Assembly (NCBI GenBank): GCA_964106915.2
Contig: OZ066920.1
Strand: one strand, 5' to 3'
Origin: Podarcis gaigeae
Taxonomy: Eukaryota
DNA: 64,000 bases
Shown here: positions 22,687-35,597 of the stretch, piece after piece
Layout: each line of letters starts with the position of its first letter
Numbering within the stretch: position 1 is the first letter of the stretch
Program-made: the position numbers and the translations under genes
The notes under the pieces: model-generated
Seen by the model: the letters and a program-made list of their open reading frames with translations, nothing else
Told to the model about the DNA's origin: nothing
The model's database searches: none

Positions 22687-24737
22687 CATTTGCAACTTGG
22701 AGGCTCTTGAAAGTGGAAGTACATGAATTGCCTGTCAACGTCTTCAAAGAAAAGCTCAGCATTGACGGTGACCTCATCAGATGTGACATGAATAAGGTAT
22801 TCAACACCTTGGTCAATGACTTGCACCTCACAGATTTGGGTATGTAGCATGAAGAAATATTGGGCACTGTGCATTACATGTTTTTTGAGAGACAAGGTTG
22901 ACTTCTTTGCTCAGAGGGATGACAATTATGGGTGGCCAAAGGTAGGCACACTTTGAAATCGCCTCGAACCCCACACAGTATGAAACATGGAACAGAACAA
23001 ACAGTTACCCATATGGATACTTTTAGTTTTTACTTTTGCTTGTGCAAACAGCTTAGGGGCAGCTTCAAACAGGGGAAATGTTGCAGGGGATCCTGGTCTT
23101 TCCTTATGGTGCCTGTTTAACCTTTCATTATTATTAAAGTGAAAGATCCCAATCACGGATCTTCCACATCACATGTATTTTAGCCATAAATGAAGTGGCA
23201 AAGCCATTAGTGCTTAAAACATGTGCATTAAGCCTTAGGAGTACGGTATGAGAAAATTCTTCAGCTTAAAACACCTCCTGAGCTTCACAGCTCATGGATA
23301 TGCCAAGTGCCTTAATGGTTTACTGACTCCAGTTTTTCCTCCTCTGGCCCTGGTCCTCTCCAAGCAACTGCTTCCAAATGGAACAGCTCCGAAGAAAGAA
23401 TTATGGTGACTTGCGCTCTGTGCTGGAGCTCACAACACATTTTATTAGAGGTCGAGAGAGCGGTTAACCTCCACATGCCCTTTGATTGTGAATTACTCAA
23501 TCCTGTGTGCAAGAGCAGCACAGCAGAACAGCATGTTTATAAGCCTTTGATAGTAAATATATTAAACTTCCCTGCTAGAGGGAGGTTTCTCTGTGAAACC
23601 TTGGGAATGGCCCCCTAGTCCAAATATCCTACTGTAATGTAAGTTCACGTATGATTAACTGAAATAATTGCATATTCTACCCCTGCCTCCCCACTTTGCT
23701 CCCTCTGCTTTCCCTGTTGCATCTGTTTTGAAATTGCAAATTTGGTAGGAGCCCATCAAACCTGTTACTTGCAGAGCCCTGTGTGTGTGTGTGATTGATG
23801 TCAAGCCTTTACCACGAGAACACTTACCTTCCTTCATTGAAGGAATCTCATCCTGCTGATTTGAGGTTTATAAGTGGGGCATTGAACACTCATGTCATCC
23901 TGTATTGGTATTACAAAGAGACTTGCACCATCACATAAAATATTAGTGGCATGTCTATGTTTGGGCAAAAGCAGATGGTGTTATAGCAAGGTATGTTCCC
24001 ACCCTAAGTGCTAGGGGTGTGCATTTGAATGAGCCATATATAAGCCACAATCCTGTTTTGTTTCAGCGTACATTTTGAAGTCTATCCTGCTACTGCTTCT
24101 AATTTATTTTGCTTTATTTTTACTGTATTATTTTTATCATAGTCAGCTGCCTTCAGTATAGGCCACTATAGAAAGGAGAGGTATTAAATCAGAGACTAAA
24201 TAAAAATAGATATGAAGAATTGAGTTGCTCTGCTGGGGAGCAGAAGAGAAGCAGTAGTGACATGAACAATGTGTTTGTAGAGAACAGAGTGTAAGATGAC
24301 TAATTGCATCCCCAAGCAATTTGTAATTGGGGATTGATGACTTCAGAATATGAAACTTGGAAACCTAAACTCTAATATGTAGCAAGATATATGTAGCCTG
24401 GTTTGTATTTCATGGTAAGCCCAAACTATGGCTTACCTAGAGAGGAATTCATGACCATTTTGCCCCTCCCTTGTCTTTTTTGCCTCACTGCCCTGAGCTA
24501 AGCCAATCTTAGTGTGTCATCCTAATACAGGTTCATGCTTAAGCTCTCTCCATTGCTCACTAACCTTGGCTTGGCTTGGCTCTGCAGTACAAAGGGCTGG
24601 TTAGGAGTCAAGCTGCTGTGAGAAATGTTGGCTTGTCAAAGACTAAAACATGAAAGTTTGATATCTGCAGCTATTAAAAGTTCTGCAATTTCAAACGGAT
24701 AAGAAGGCCAAATTCAATGCTTTCCGGTCTTGCAATT

Positions 24738-25498
24738 TGTGAGGGATTGGCTCGTGAATTTATGGATAGCAGAGTCATGACCGCTTGTTAACTCTACTCC
24801 TAGTAGTACTAGGTTGGCTCTTTGTAGGCTATTGTGGATGCGAGACAGAGAGATTAAATCTGGCCAGGGCTCATCTGGAACTTGGTTCACTGTTACAGAT
24901 AAAACCTATGCAAGAAGACTTTTGTATCCTGAGGAAATAGATACTGGTTTGAATGATTCTTCCTCCCTTATTGGTACCTTGGCAAGGTTTTTTGGTTTTA
25001 TTTACTGTGTGGGCTCCAGGGATATGGAGCAGCAGGTTGGTGGAAGATTCATTTGTGGGCCAGCTGTAGGCTGAGTGCCTGTAGGCAGCAGTGCAGCTGC
25101 AGGACTACTAATTAATTATGCTGCCTCAGTAGATTGACCTAGCTTAGCAGGTGGGAGGGATTGACATAATAGGTCAGCCAGCAAGAGGCCAGCAGGGGGC
25201 TGGAGCGTATGCATCTCTCACATGGGGCCTGACTCCTGAGCTTCGGTGTGGGTCCTGAGTGTACTGGCCAGCTGGAATCTTTCCCTTGATTCCCGACGCT
25301 CCCAATAACAGAACAGAGAGGTACATTATCTTGTTCTTACTATCTTCCTCATGCTGTGTGATTTTGCTTAAATGCTGTACTGTTTTCTATACTATTTAAT
25401 ATAAGCACTAAACCTCCTTCCATTTGTGTTGTGATTGCCATTGAATAAAAAAAAGGCCTTTTATTTGGCGAAACAACTGTCTCCCGCGCTGGCTGACA
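24738..25498 (+). mobile_element. Putative solo LTR
   Basis: TGT...TGACA termini; AATAAA about 50 nt before the end; imperfect 4-bp flanks (aatt/agtt); left boundary uncertain. Confidence 0.4.
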
Positions 25499-27922
25499 AG
25501 TTTTAATGTTTTAATGTATGTTGTTCAAGTGTTTTTTTATTGCTGAGATGTGTTTTTCCTAACACTCTTTTTATTGTGTTGTACACTGCTTTGGCTGCTC
25601 CTCGTGCTACAGAAAGCATTTGTTTAACATTAAAATAATTTAAAATTCAGGGGGGTTTCCTGCAATAGCATAGCTCCCCACCTTTGGGAGTAGATTAATT
25701 TGTTAGCAAACATTTGGGCTTTTAACTCTTTTAGTGCCTTTCTGGCTTGACCTTCAATACTGGAAAAGTGTGACTATGCTCCAGAAGGATGTATTTATAT
25801 CCCTTTACTTTATATCCCTTTATTTATATCCCTTTAGTTATATTGGATATTCATGGCCTGTGGCCTCTAGGCACCCTTCTGACCTAAAGTCAATAATTTC
25901 TTGTCTTCTTTGATGAAAGGCTCACAGTACAGGAATCTGGAAGTTTTGGTCAAGCAAAAATGTCTGGGCTAATCAAAATTAGTTTTTGTTTGGGATTTGC
26001 ACCAAGTAAACAAAATTAGTTAGTGCCTGATTTATGCACAAGCTAGGTAAGCTTGTCCCCACCCCACCCCTCATGGTAGAATTTGTAGGCACACTCTGTG
26101 CCTCCAGGGGGAGGGAGTTCCATTGTATACTCCTTCCTTCCCTTACCTGTGCCCTGTGCATGATAAGTAGAAACTTATGATTCTGAGTTAGTGGCCAAAC
26201 CAGGATTGCAGACTGTTATTTGAGCCTGGTTTGTGGGCAAACTTTGGTTTGCACAAACTCTAGTTTGTGGTTTTGGCTAGAAGGGTTTGCAGACTGTGGT
26301 TTGCTGCTAAACCAGGATTGGGACTTGCTAATGATATCTAAACCATGGCTTATCAGTTTGCCTGAATAGACACACTTCATGGGATACACAATTACTACAA
26401 AACAGTTAGAAGATCTGAACCTGTGTTTGATTTTTTTGTGTCGCCTATTTATTGACTGTGCAGAAGGAAGCTTACCATTGGACTATACTTGCTTTTATGT
26501 TAGTCTGAGGCCTGTTCCTAAAAACTAGAAAGAGAGGGCTGTTGATAGAAAGCTACCTAGATTAAGAACAGTAGGAAAGCAGACTCTTCCTTAGGGAGTT
26601 ACAGGCATTATGGCAACCCAGCTTTGTGGTTTGTATTGTGATTTTTATGAGAGACACATTGTGTATCTCTCTCCCAACAAAATATAGACAATACATTTAT
26701 CTTGAACTATTCAACTAACTTTAACATCTCCTGCAAAGAAGGATTGCTTTCTTTAAGCCAAGAGCTGAATTTACTGCCAGGCAATCTGGACAAACTTGCG
26801 TTCACTCACCTCCAATTCTGTAAGGACTCTAATCTCTGTTCAGGTTCACATGTAATGTACACACACAGAATCGGAGACAGATGCATTTTGAGCCAGAACA
26901 ATGCACCAAGTTTCATGTTGGATTCTCAGACTCATCAAATTGTATAGAGAAGCTTGTAAAAGCTGCCAAAACTTTAGTAAGATTTTGGCAAAAAAAACCC
27001 CAAACAAACCAGGAGTAGATTGCTAGATCCATTAGAACAAAGGTCTAGGAGTCAGAGCTCATGGGTTTAGCCTTTTGCTGGCTTTTGTTCTTTCACAAAG
27101 ATTTTTAACTGCTGGGAATCGCTATTCATCCTTGGGTCAGGAGGAGCACCACAGTGGGTGTCTAACCATTTCCAATTTTTCTGTTTTGTTGCTATGCAGT
27201 ATACCTTAACTCATCAAGGTGCTGACTACTTATTCTCTATGGGCCTTCTAAATTTTGGCTGCTCAGGGATCGTAGATTCTTCCTCCTCCCCCCATGTACA
27301 CATTCTTCTTTCTTGAAAATAAGACATAGTAGCTTTCCTATGCTGCTGTGCAGAGTGAAAAGATGATTATCATAGCAAGCAAATTTTAATTTTACCATTC
27401 TGCAATCCTGGCACTTGATATTTTCTCCAAGAGGCTATGTTAAGAACCAGTGGGAAAGGGCAGAATGGTATTGCAGAGTAAGAACCCACTCCTGTGAAGC
27501 TTTACTTGAAAGTAGGGCACACTGAATTCAAAGTAGCAGCCAAGCCTATGCAAAATTAGTCTTAAGTTAACCAATTTATTGTGGCATAAGCATCCAGGGA
27601 CTAGAGTTGGTTTCATTTATAAAACAAGTGAGCTCTTGTCCACAAAAGGTTAAGCTATAAACAAGTCTGTTAGTTGTTAAGGCCCCACAAGACACTCTTG
27701 TTGACAATAGTCTGGATGCTGTGATGCAGAGTTAGTCACACTTCATTCTGTAAGGAATTAGGGGGCATGTGAGTATGATTGCTGATAAGATTATTGATTA
27801 GGTCATGCTGCCTGAGAGTTCAGTCAGCTGATAGTTGGAAAGCTCTGAGAGTCACCAATCTGAGATATTTGGAGGGCCACAGAGTCTTTGCCTTAGACTC
27901 AGGATTAAATATTCCCTTAAAT

Positions 27923-28060
27923 CAGGCATAGGCAAACTCCGCCCCCCTCCAGATGTTTGGGACTACACTTCCCATGATCCCTAGCTAACAGGATCAGTGG
28001 TCAGGGATGATGGGAATTGTAGTCCCAAACATCTGGAGGGCTGGAGTTTGCCTATGCCTG
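27923..28060. mobile_element. hAT-type palindromic MITE
   Basis: TIR CAGGCATAGGCAAACTCC / GGAGTTTGCCTATGCCTG; perfect 8-bp TSD CCTTAAAT at 27915-27922 and 28061-28068. Confidence 0.92.
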
Positions 28061-29345
28061 CCTTAAATGAAGTCCTCAATATAATTTAATCACATTATAT
28101 TTTTAAAATTTCTGGTTTTACATATGCTTTGTAGTATAAAACCAGGAAAGTGACAATGTAACCTCAGATTCGCTGTTAAGTAGGGGACTCCGTGGGGGCA
28201 GGAGTTGGGGCAGACACACTGCTACGTGAATCAGGCTCTCCTGTCAACCCATCTTCCCTGGCATGGATTTATGGAATGGCAGCAGAAGATTAGTGAACTG
28301 CCATATGGTGGTTCCCATAATGCTACAGTAAGTCACTGTAGGAATGTGAGAATGGCAGGTGGCTTGACTTAGATCATGGTGTTGCTGTTTACCACCTTTA
28401 GACTTGCAGGGGTGCTGCAGAGTATGCCAGTGGGGGTTGCTTTGCCTGCCCCTCACTAGTCTGAAGCTGGTCCTGTTTCTGAGAGACATCTACTCCTTGA
28501 ATCTGGTGTTGCCTTTTGACCAGGCACTGGTTAAATTTTGCAACAGTTATCTATGGTTATCTCACGCAGAACCACGCTTGCAACTCCTATATGATCTGGG
28601 GGCTATGGTTTATTTCCTCTAGAGTAATGATGGCAGTGGCAGCATCCTATCACAAATATTTCCCTTTTCTGAAAGGAGACATGGTCCTGAAGACAGGGCA
28701 AGTCAAACGTGAGCTATGAACATTGCGTTGAAAATATATAATGAAATAATTATGCACGCCACACTCACTGATGAGTAAATTCATTTCATATGCCTAGCAC
28801 CTGCAGTCTGTCTGGCTACTGGCTCCTTTACAATTGTGCCTCTAGCCAATTTATACTTGACATATGCTTTTCTATCCACTCCTTTTTATAGAGCAATGGA
28901 GATGGCAAATGCAGATGCTCAGGGTAATCTGCTGTTTTGGCTGATGAGCCTGCATACTGAAGCTCTGTTCTCAGAGCAGACATCATACTGTTGTTGGAGA
29001 ACAAGTCCTGGCTGAAGTTTTTAAATAGCTCTGTAATCTCCAGAGGGCCCATTAATGCTGTCTGATATATTTATTTGGTTACGGTTATTAATAAGAGGCA
29101 AGTAGGACCTGCAACAAAAAGTTTGCACTGTTCCAGCCAGCCATGGCCACTTCCATTCAGTTTCCCTCTCCTGACAAGTCATCCTGTGGCCACTGAGTGT
29201 GGTCATTGGGCTGATTTTTGGGGATCACTCATTCATTAGGGTGTTGTGTTGCTGTCTTTTGTATTTATGCAAGCATTGGGGTCCCAGAGTCTGGTGGCAC
29301 GTCCCTCTTTTGCATGGCTATTGCTATTTTGGCTATATAAGCAAA

Positions 29346-30291
29346 GGGACACGGGTGGCACTGTGGGTTAAACAACAACAGTTGAGACACATACACAGCA
29401 CTGATGGTAGGCAAGGCAATTTAAGGATACAAAAGCAGGATTTCAAGCATACCTTCTAATCCTTAGTAGTCCTGCCCAACAGCTTTGTTTGAGCTCATCT
29501 AGCTTGAAGCCCTAGGGACGCGGGTGGTGCTGTGGGTTAAACCACAGAGCCTAGGACTTGCTGATCAGATGGTCAGCGGTTTGAATCCCCGCGACGGGGT
29601 GAGCTCCTGTTGCTTGGTCCCTGCTCCTGCCAAACTAGCAGTTCGAAAGCATGTCAAAGTGCAAGTAGATAAATACCGTATTTTTCGCCCTGTAGGACGC
29701 ACTTTCCCCCCTCCAAAAATGAAGGGGAAATCTGTGTGCCTCCTATGGGGCGAATACAGGCTTTCGCTGAAGCTTGGAGAGCGAGAGGGGTCGGTGCGCA
29801 CCAACCCCTCTTGCTCTCCAGGCTTCAGGAAGCTTTCAGCAAGCCTGGGGAGCCCGCGGAAGTTCCCGCGGGGCTACCAATGCTGCAGATAGCAGCCTGC
29901 TGCCTGGCACGCACGGTGCCCTGAAGCAGAGCGCCCTGAGTGCCGGGCAGACATCGGCCAGCCCCACAAGCTCGGGGGACAGCGGGGAGGCGCAGCGCCG
30001 CCATCCCGCTGTTACCCGACCTGGTTTTTTGGGGGGAAATAAAGGAAACATTTTTTTCCTTTATTCCCTTCCCCCCCCAAAAAAAATTAGGTGCGTCCTA
30101 TGGGACGGAATGTCCTATGGGACGAAAAATACGGTAGGTACCGCTATGGCGGGAAAGTTAAACGGCGTTTCCATGCGCTGCTCTGGTTCACCAGAAGCAG
30201 CTTAGTCATGCTGGCCACATAAAGCGAGATGAGCACTGCAACCCCAGAGTCGGCCACGACTGGACCTAATGGTGAGGGGTCCCTTTACCTT
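29346..30291 (+). mobile_element. Composite Sauria SINE (duplicated head, captured flank, nested MITE)
   Basis: TSD TAAGCAAAGG at 29338-29347 and 30292-30301; SINE heads at 29346 and 29515; tail CCCTTTACCTTT. Confidence 0.88.
29676..30134. mobile_element. Tc1/mariner-type MITE nested in the SINE
   Basis: TA|CCGTATTTTTCGCCCTGTAGGAC ... GTCCTATGGGACGAAAAATACGG|TA; splits the SINE motif GTAGATAAATA|GGTACCGCT. Confidence 0.9.
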
Positions 30292-31008
30292 TAAGCAAAG
30301 GTTGAACATTAGAAAAGGAAGGGTTGGTGAGAATCTCCCTTAAGGGCCATGATTTTTTCCCTCATTTTCTTGTCCCCAACCTTTCAAGCATAAGTAGCTA
30401 CTTTTTATTTAGGGAAAGAGCAACAGCCCCTGCTTCACTCGGATCCACATCCACATATGCCAATAGCCATGTTAACATTTCATAAGAGCAGTTAAGATTT
30501 CATGCAGTAAATGACAACAGTTCAGTAGTTTCCCATGATTTCAAATGTTGACAGAAGAAGGAAATACATCCACAACATTATAAATTGTCAGGAAGCAGGA
30601 GGAATTTGGGGTTCTGTTCTCACTTGAAGCAGTAAAGCTGGATTTTAACTGTAATGGACAAAATGTTAACAGCTTTCAGTCTTTCATTGGCGTCTGGAGG
30701 CTCACCAGATCCTTTGAGTGGTTTATAGCAGTGTCTAAATTAATTGAGCTGGGAGGAGAAAGCCCATTCTGCTCAGGACACAGGAAAACAGCACCCCAGG
30801 TGTTTCAATTCAATAGCTTTTCTATTTTAGCAGCAGCAAGCATTCCTAACATCACAGTTTGACACAGCCGACTTCTTAAAAATGCACCTTTTTCAGTTGC
30901 CCTTGTTCTAAACTCCCAACAAGTAAAGTACAATTGTTAATTATAACTAAGGTCACATTTGAAGCATTATTATACCATTTGTACAATCATAGCTTCGATA
31001 AAAAATAT

Positions 31009-31193
31009 TGGGAGCTGTTGTTTGTTAAGGATGCTGGGAGTTGTTAGGAGCTCCCTATTCCCCTCCCAGACCTACAATTCCAGAGTATGCTGGGGAAAGG
31101 GATTGACTGTCAAGTCACACTCAGGGAACTGTACCTTTGGGAAGGGAATCTCCTAACAACTCTCAGCACCCTTAACAAACTACAGTTCCCAGG
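31009..31193. mobile_element. Palindromic MITE-like repeat
   Basis: GGGAGCTGTTGTTTGTTAAGGATGCTGGGAGTTGTTAGGAG ... CTCCTAACAACTCTCAGCACCCTTAACAAACTACAGTTCCC inverted arms. Confidence 0.7.
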
Positions 31194-31590
31194 ATTCCTT
31201 GGGGGAATAGGTCATTTGATCACATCTGGTGTGAATGTTCCCAAGTAGAGAGGTTTTTCCCCGCGGCATAAAAGATATAGCAGGATGTGCTGCTCCTGCA
31301 GCACAGATCATATTGCTTCAATTCCCATCCCTGTTTTCTGTGTAGTTATGTTCCTTGCGTGCTTTGAGTGCAGGCGTTGGCTCAAGAGACCTTGATGAAG
31401 AAATGCAATGAAGAATAATAACATTTATTATATTTCATTGCATCAAAGTCCTGTGGGTGAATTAGGCAACTGATGGGGGATCTTAGTTCATATGAGCCAA
31501 TTCTATAATCAGTGGCTAGCTTTTTATGGATAAACTAGGGCTGCTATCTCTGCTTGCTTTGCTTGCCCCCCTACACCTGCCAAAAGTGGT

Positions 31591-31716
31591 GGCCACCAGC
31601 TAGAGTTCAGTTGGCTAGAGCATGGTGCTGATAATGCCAAGGTTGCATATTCCTGCATTCCAGGGGGTTGGACTAGATGATCCACAGGATCCCTTCCAAC
31701 TCTACAATTCTATGAT
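31591..31716 (+). mobile_element. tRNA-Ile-derived SINE with CR1-type tail
   Basis: TCAGTTGGCTAGAGCATGGTGCTGATAATGCCAAGGTTGC (tRNA-Ile-like, truncated), then the same TTCCTGCATT...CCCTTCCAACTCTACAATTCTATGAT tail as 15893-16034. Confidence 0.7.
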
Positions 31717-32975
31717 ATTACTGGAGTTGCAACATGAGCTATTTAAAGGATGAATAAAAAGGTCTTCATCTGGTACCAAAAAAAAAAACATAAAGATGGA
31801 GCCAGGCAAAGTTCTATGGGAAGTTTCCAGATGACCTCTCAGAAGCATTCCTTCATTATCTAATTTTGCAAGTGAGGTGGTAGATAAATTTCCCCTCTCC
31901 CTTTAGCTATACACTAACGCTGCACAGTGCAGAATGCAGCACTCATACCTCAGGGAGCCAGAAATTGCCTGAGTGGGGCGGGGCATTGACATAGCCCTTT
32001 TGCTGCCAACATGCCTCACATTTTAGTTTCTGATAAAAGGAAATCAAAAGCCCAACATTCCAGAAATATGTACTTTTCTTTATGAAAAGAAAAGAAATCT
32101 GGGCTTCTCCTATCTGAGGAGCATATTCTTAATAGTCTGAAAGCCAAGGAAGCAGGTCTTGCTTGTGTCCCACAACTGTGCACAGCAGTGTCATCATTCT
32201 TTTCAGTCCATTAGGCCAACAGGGAACTCCCTAGGTTTGGTTTAAGCGAGGTATTTCTAACTTTTTCTGCTGATAGGTTTGGCTTTCACTTCCTTAAATT
32301 TCCACATTGCAGCACAGTAAACTGCAACTAGGGCATCTTTTTGGAACATCTTCCCCGCTCCAACAAGTATAATTTAGGCTTCCACATGTATTGTGGGATA
32401 AATTAAACAAAACAAAAAAAGAAAGGTCTGCATTTGTTGATAACCAAGCAGCAGTGACTGCAGGTGCTTCCACGCGAGCTACTTAAGTCACTGACAGCAC
32501 ATTCCTAACCATTTCTATGCTGCACCCATATACCCACTAACCTTGAAGTAAGCCCCATTGAACTCAGTGGAACTTACTTCTGAGTAGCCATGGTTTTGAT
32601 TGATCTGCTAGCCACTTTTGAATTGTCATTCTTTGTTCACTGATTTTTTTAAAAAATGCAGAATAGGTGAATAGGCATGCTGCTTTCATATACTATGTAT
32701 GAGAGCACCAAACCTATTCAAAGCTGCCTGGAGAGCAGCAAGGTGCTGCCCTGCCGCTGCCGATGTGTAAAGCACATTTGCCACGTCCTGCTTCTTCCTG
32801 GGCCACCCATTCCCTCACTTGATCCCCGCCTCCACTTGCACATATGTTCTGTAGTTGCAAAAGTGCTGTGAGCTTGGAAAATCTCTGGAGAGAGCAAGGA
32901 CAAGGTGAATGAAGGTGGAGAGACAGGGACTACCTGTCTGAAAAGGAAGAAGGCAACAAATGAAGCGTTATCCTG

Positions 32976-33698
32976 AATGGGGTAACTGTGCCCCTGAAGG
33001 ACCAGGTGCGTAGCCTTTGGACTCACAGCTGTTCATGGAGACACAGGTTAATTCTTTGGCCAGGGCAGCTGTTTATCAGCTCCATCTGGAATACAGGCTA
33101 AGACCCTACCTGCCTGCAGACTGTCTTGCCAGGGTGGTGCATGCTCTAGTTAGCTCCCGCTTGGACTACTGCAATGCGCTCTATGTGGGGCTACCTTTGA
33201 AGGTGACTCGGAAACTGCAATTAATCCAGAATGCGGCAGCTAGACTGGTGACTGGGAGCAGCCGCCAAGACCATATAACACCAGTCCTGAAAGGTCTTCA
33301 TTGGCTCCCAGTACGTTTCCGAGCACAATTCAAAGTGTTGCCGCTGACCTTTAAAGACCTAAACGGCTTCGGTCCTGTATACCTGAAGGAGCGTCTCCAC
33401 CCCTGACACTGAGGTCCAGCGCCGAGGGCCTTCTGGCGGTTTCCTCGCTGTGAGAAGTGAGGTTACAGGGAACAAGGCAGAGGGCCTTCTCGGTAGTGGC
33501 GCCCACCCTGTGGAATGCCCTCCCAGCAGATGTCAAGGCAATAAACAACTATTTTACTTTAAAAAGACAGCTGCTTAGGGAAGTTTTTAATGTCTGATGC
33601 AGTACTGTTTTTAATATTCAGTGAAAGCCGCCCAGAGTGGCTGGGGAAACCCAGCCAGATGGGTGAGGTATAAATAATAAATTATGATGATGATGATG
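32976..33698 (+). mobile_element. L2 LINE 3' fragment (ORF2 C-terminal remnant)
   Basis: ORF 33017..33406 contains SRLDYCNALYVGLP...LQLIQNAAARLVTG...HITPVLKGLHWLPVRFRAQFKVL, typical of the L2 clade; ends in an AATAATAAATTA(TGA)n tail. Confidence 0.9.
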
Positions 33699-35597
33699 CC
33701 ATACTTCACTTACCACAAAAAGTAAACCACTAGGAGGTTGTTGTTTTTTTACTACAGTTAAGCAATATATAAATTTAATGAAATAGATAAAAAGTACAAT
33801 CTTTTGGGGAAGCGCATTTGTTGCACAAGACCTCTAAATCAACTTTAATTGCATGTCCCAAATCTGCTAAATATCTGATTGAATCCCACCCAAAACTATC
33901 AGCCATCTATAAGTGCCCTTAGTGCACTGGGTATATGTTCCTATCCCTTTTCTGAGCTTCTGAGGAGGGAAGGACCTCACTTAACACACTTATGTTGGAA
34001 CTCAAGCCCAGCATAATGACACTGTCCCTTTCACTCTGGACATAGTGGTGGGATCATGGAAAAAACTAATTTTGGTGCTCATAAATTTTTGTTGCTGCGC
34101 TGATGACATCAGTGATTGAAAAATGGCAACAGAGAAGTATTATTGTTAAAAGAAACTTTAATCAAGAAAAAGGCCTTTTCATATCATAATTACATTATAC
34201 AAAGGGTATTAGTATTTTAACATTTTTTTTGCTAGTCACATTGCCACTGTTTTTTCACACTGCATTTCAGGCAACAAAATCAAACACTAAACCATAGCTT
34301 GACATAGTGCATTCATAGCTTTTTACATGTATTTACAGTTTTAGCTGCAAGGAAAGATGTTGAAAGTGGGATGGATCAATAACTACCAGAATTGAGACAC
34401 CATGGCATTCCTGCTTTCTTAAAAATCTATTCTGTGCAACATTCTCTTTTCCAATTAGTCTTATTGAGTGTGCCTACACATCTCAAGCACAGGCACCTCC
34501 TCACTTGCATGTGTGTCATTTGCATGCACCTTTTTCATCACCAAAAGAGGGTGGAACAGGGGAATCCACACTTGTGCTCACCCTGTGTAAGTAGGGATTC
34601 CCTCGTACATGATTTTTGTTTAAATGAGAGGCTGGGTCCTAGAGGTACATTAGATAGATAGCTATATTTCCACCCCAAGGTTCGTAGTATCAGATAGAAA
34701 GCACACTTAATCACTTTTGCTGACTGACTTGCAATGATCCCCACAGACATTCATGGTGTTTAACCTTACCATGGAAATGAGCTTAAGCCACTCTTGGAGC
34801 CATCTTTCTAGAAGTTCTTGCTCTAACAGAAAAAACACTTCCATTATTGGATAGTGCTTATCTTCAAGAAATAGTCACCAGGGCTCAGGCATACTTGGAT
34901 GCCATGCCATTTGCCTGGTCATGAAAGTTTTAATCCTAATGTGATGGGAAAGACTGCAGTTGGTTACTCAGTGGCAAGAGAAAAGCACTCTGCACAAAGC
35001 TGGAGGTACTTTATTACTTCACATGTTCCAGGACATGGTCCTGGTACAAATCAAGGCCGATCCCTAGGTGTAATGTATCACAACGTTGTTCTAAAAAAAG
35101 AAGAAGATACATATAATTAATTCTTTGAAAAACGTTATGCTTTATAAATAACATGCATGTACAGGAGAGATAATCAGACACACAGTTTTCATTCAGTAAG
35201 GATTTAAATGTGATTTAAGACTTTAATCTGCTTTGGTGGTTGTGTAGAGCTCAACCATGCTACTTAAGAGCCCTATATCGCTTTGATCAGAAAAAGGCAG
35301 TAGAGTTTTGGAAGATTCAAATAACCTGCTGTTTTCTATGTCCAGTCCGGTACACAGCACCTTGAGGACACAGGACATGTACAAAGGACTTTTATTTCCT
35401 AGCAGATGGCATTTGAGGACTGCACAAATCTTCATGTATTGTTACAGTTTCAGTGGGAAGCATTTCCTTTAAAATGATGATTACTGGCCCAAAGTGACAA
35501 GTATGGCTTGAGAATGGAGGAGTAATAAATAACTAGCAGAGGTCAAGAAGGCAGAGACATATTAACAATTACAAAGTCAGCAGGAACTGCAGCACCT

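Noticed and set aside
25795-25840. Short direct repeats (TTATATCCCTTTA x3; also 17364-17399 and 46327-46350) as a CRISPR-like or structured array
   Set aside because: Simple slippage duplications without spacers, in a vertebrate genome.
33017-33406. 129-aa ORF as a host gene
   Set aside because: It is the C-terminal remnant of L2 LINE ORF2.
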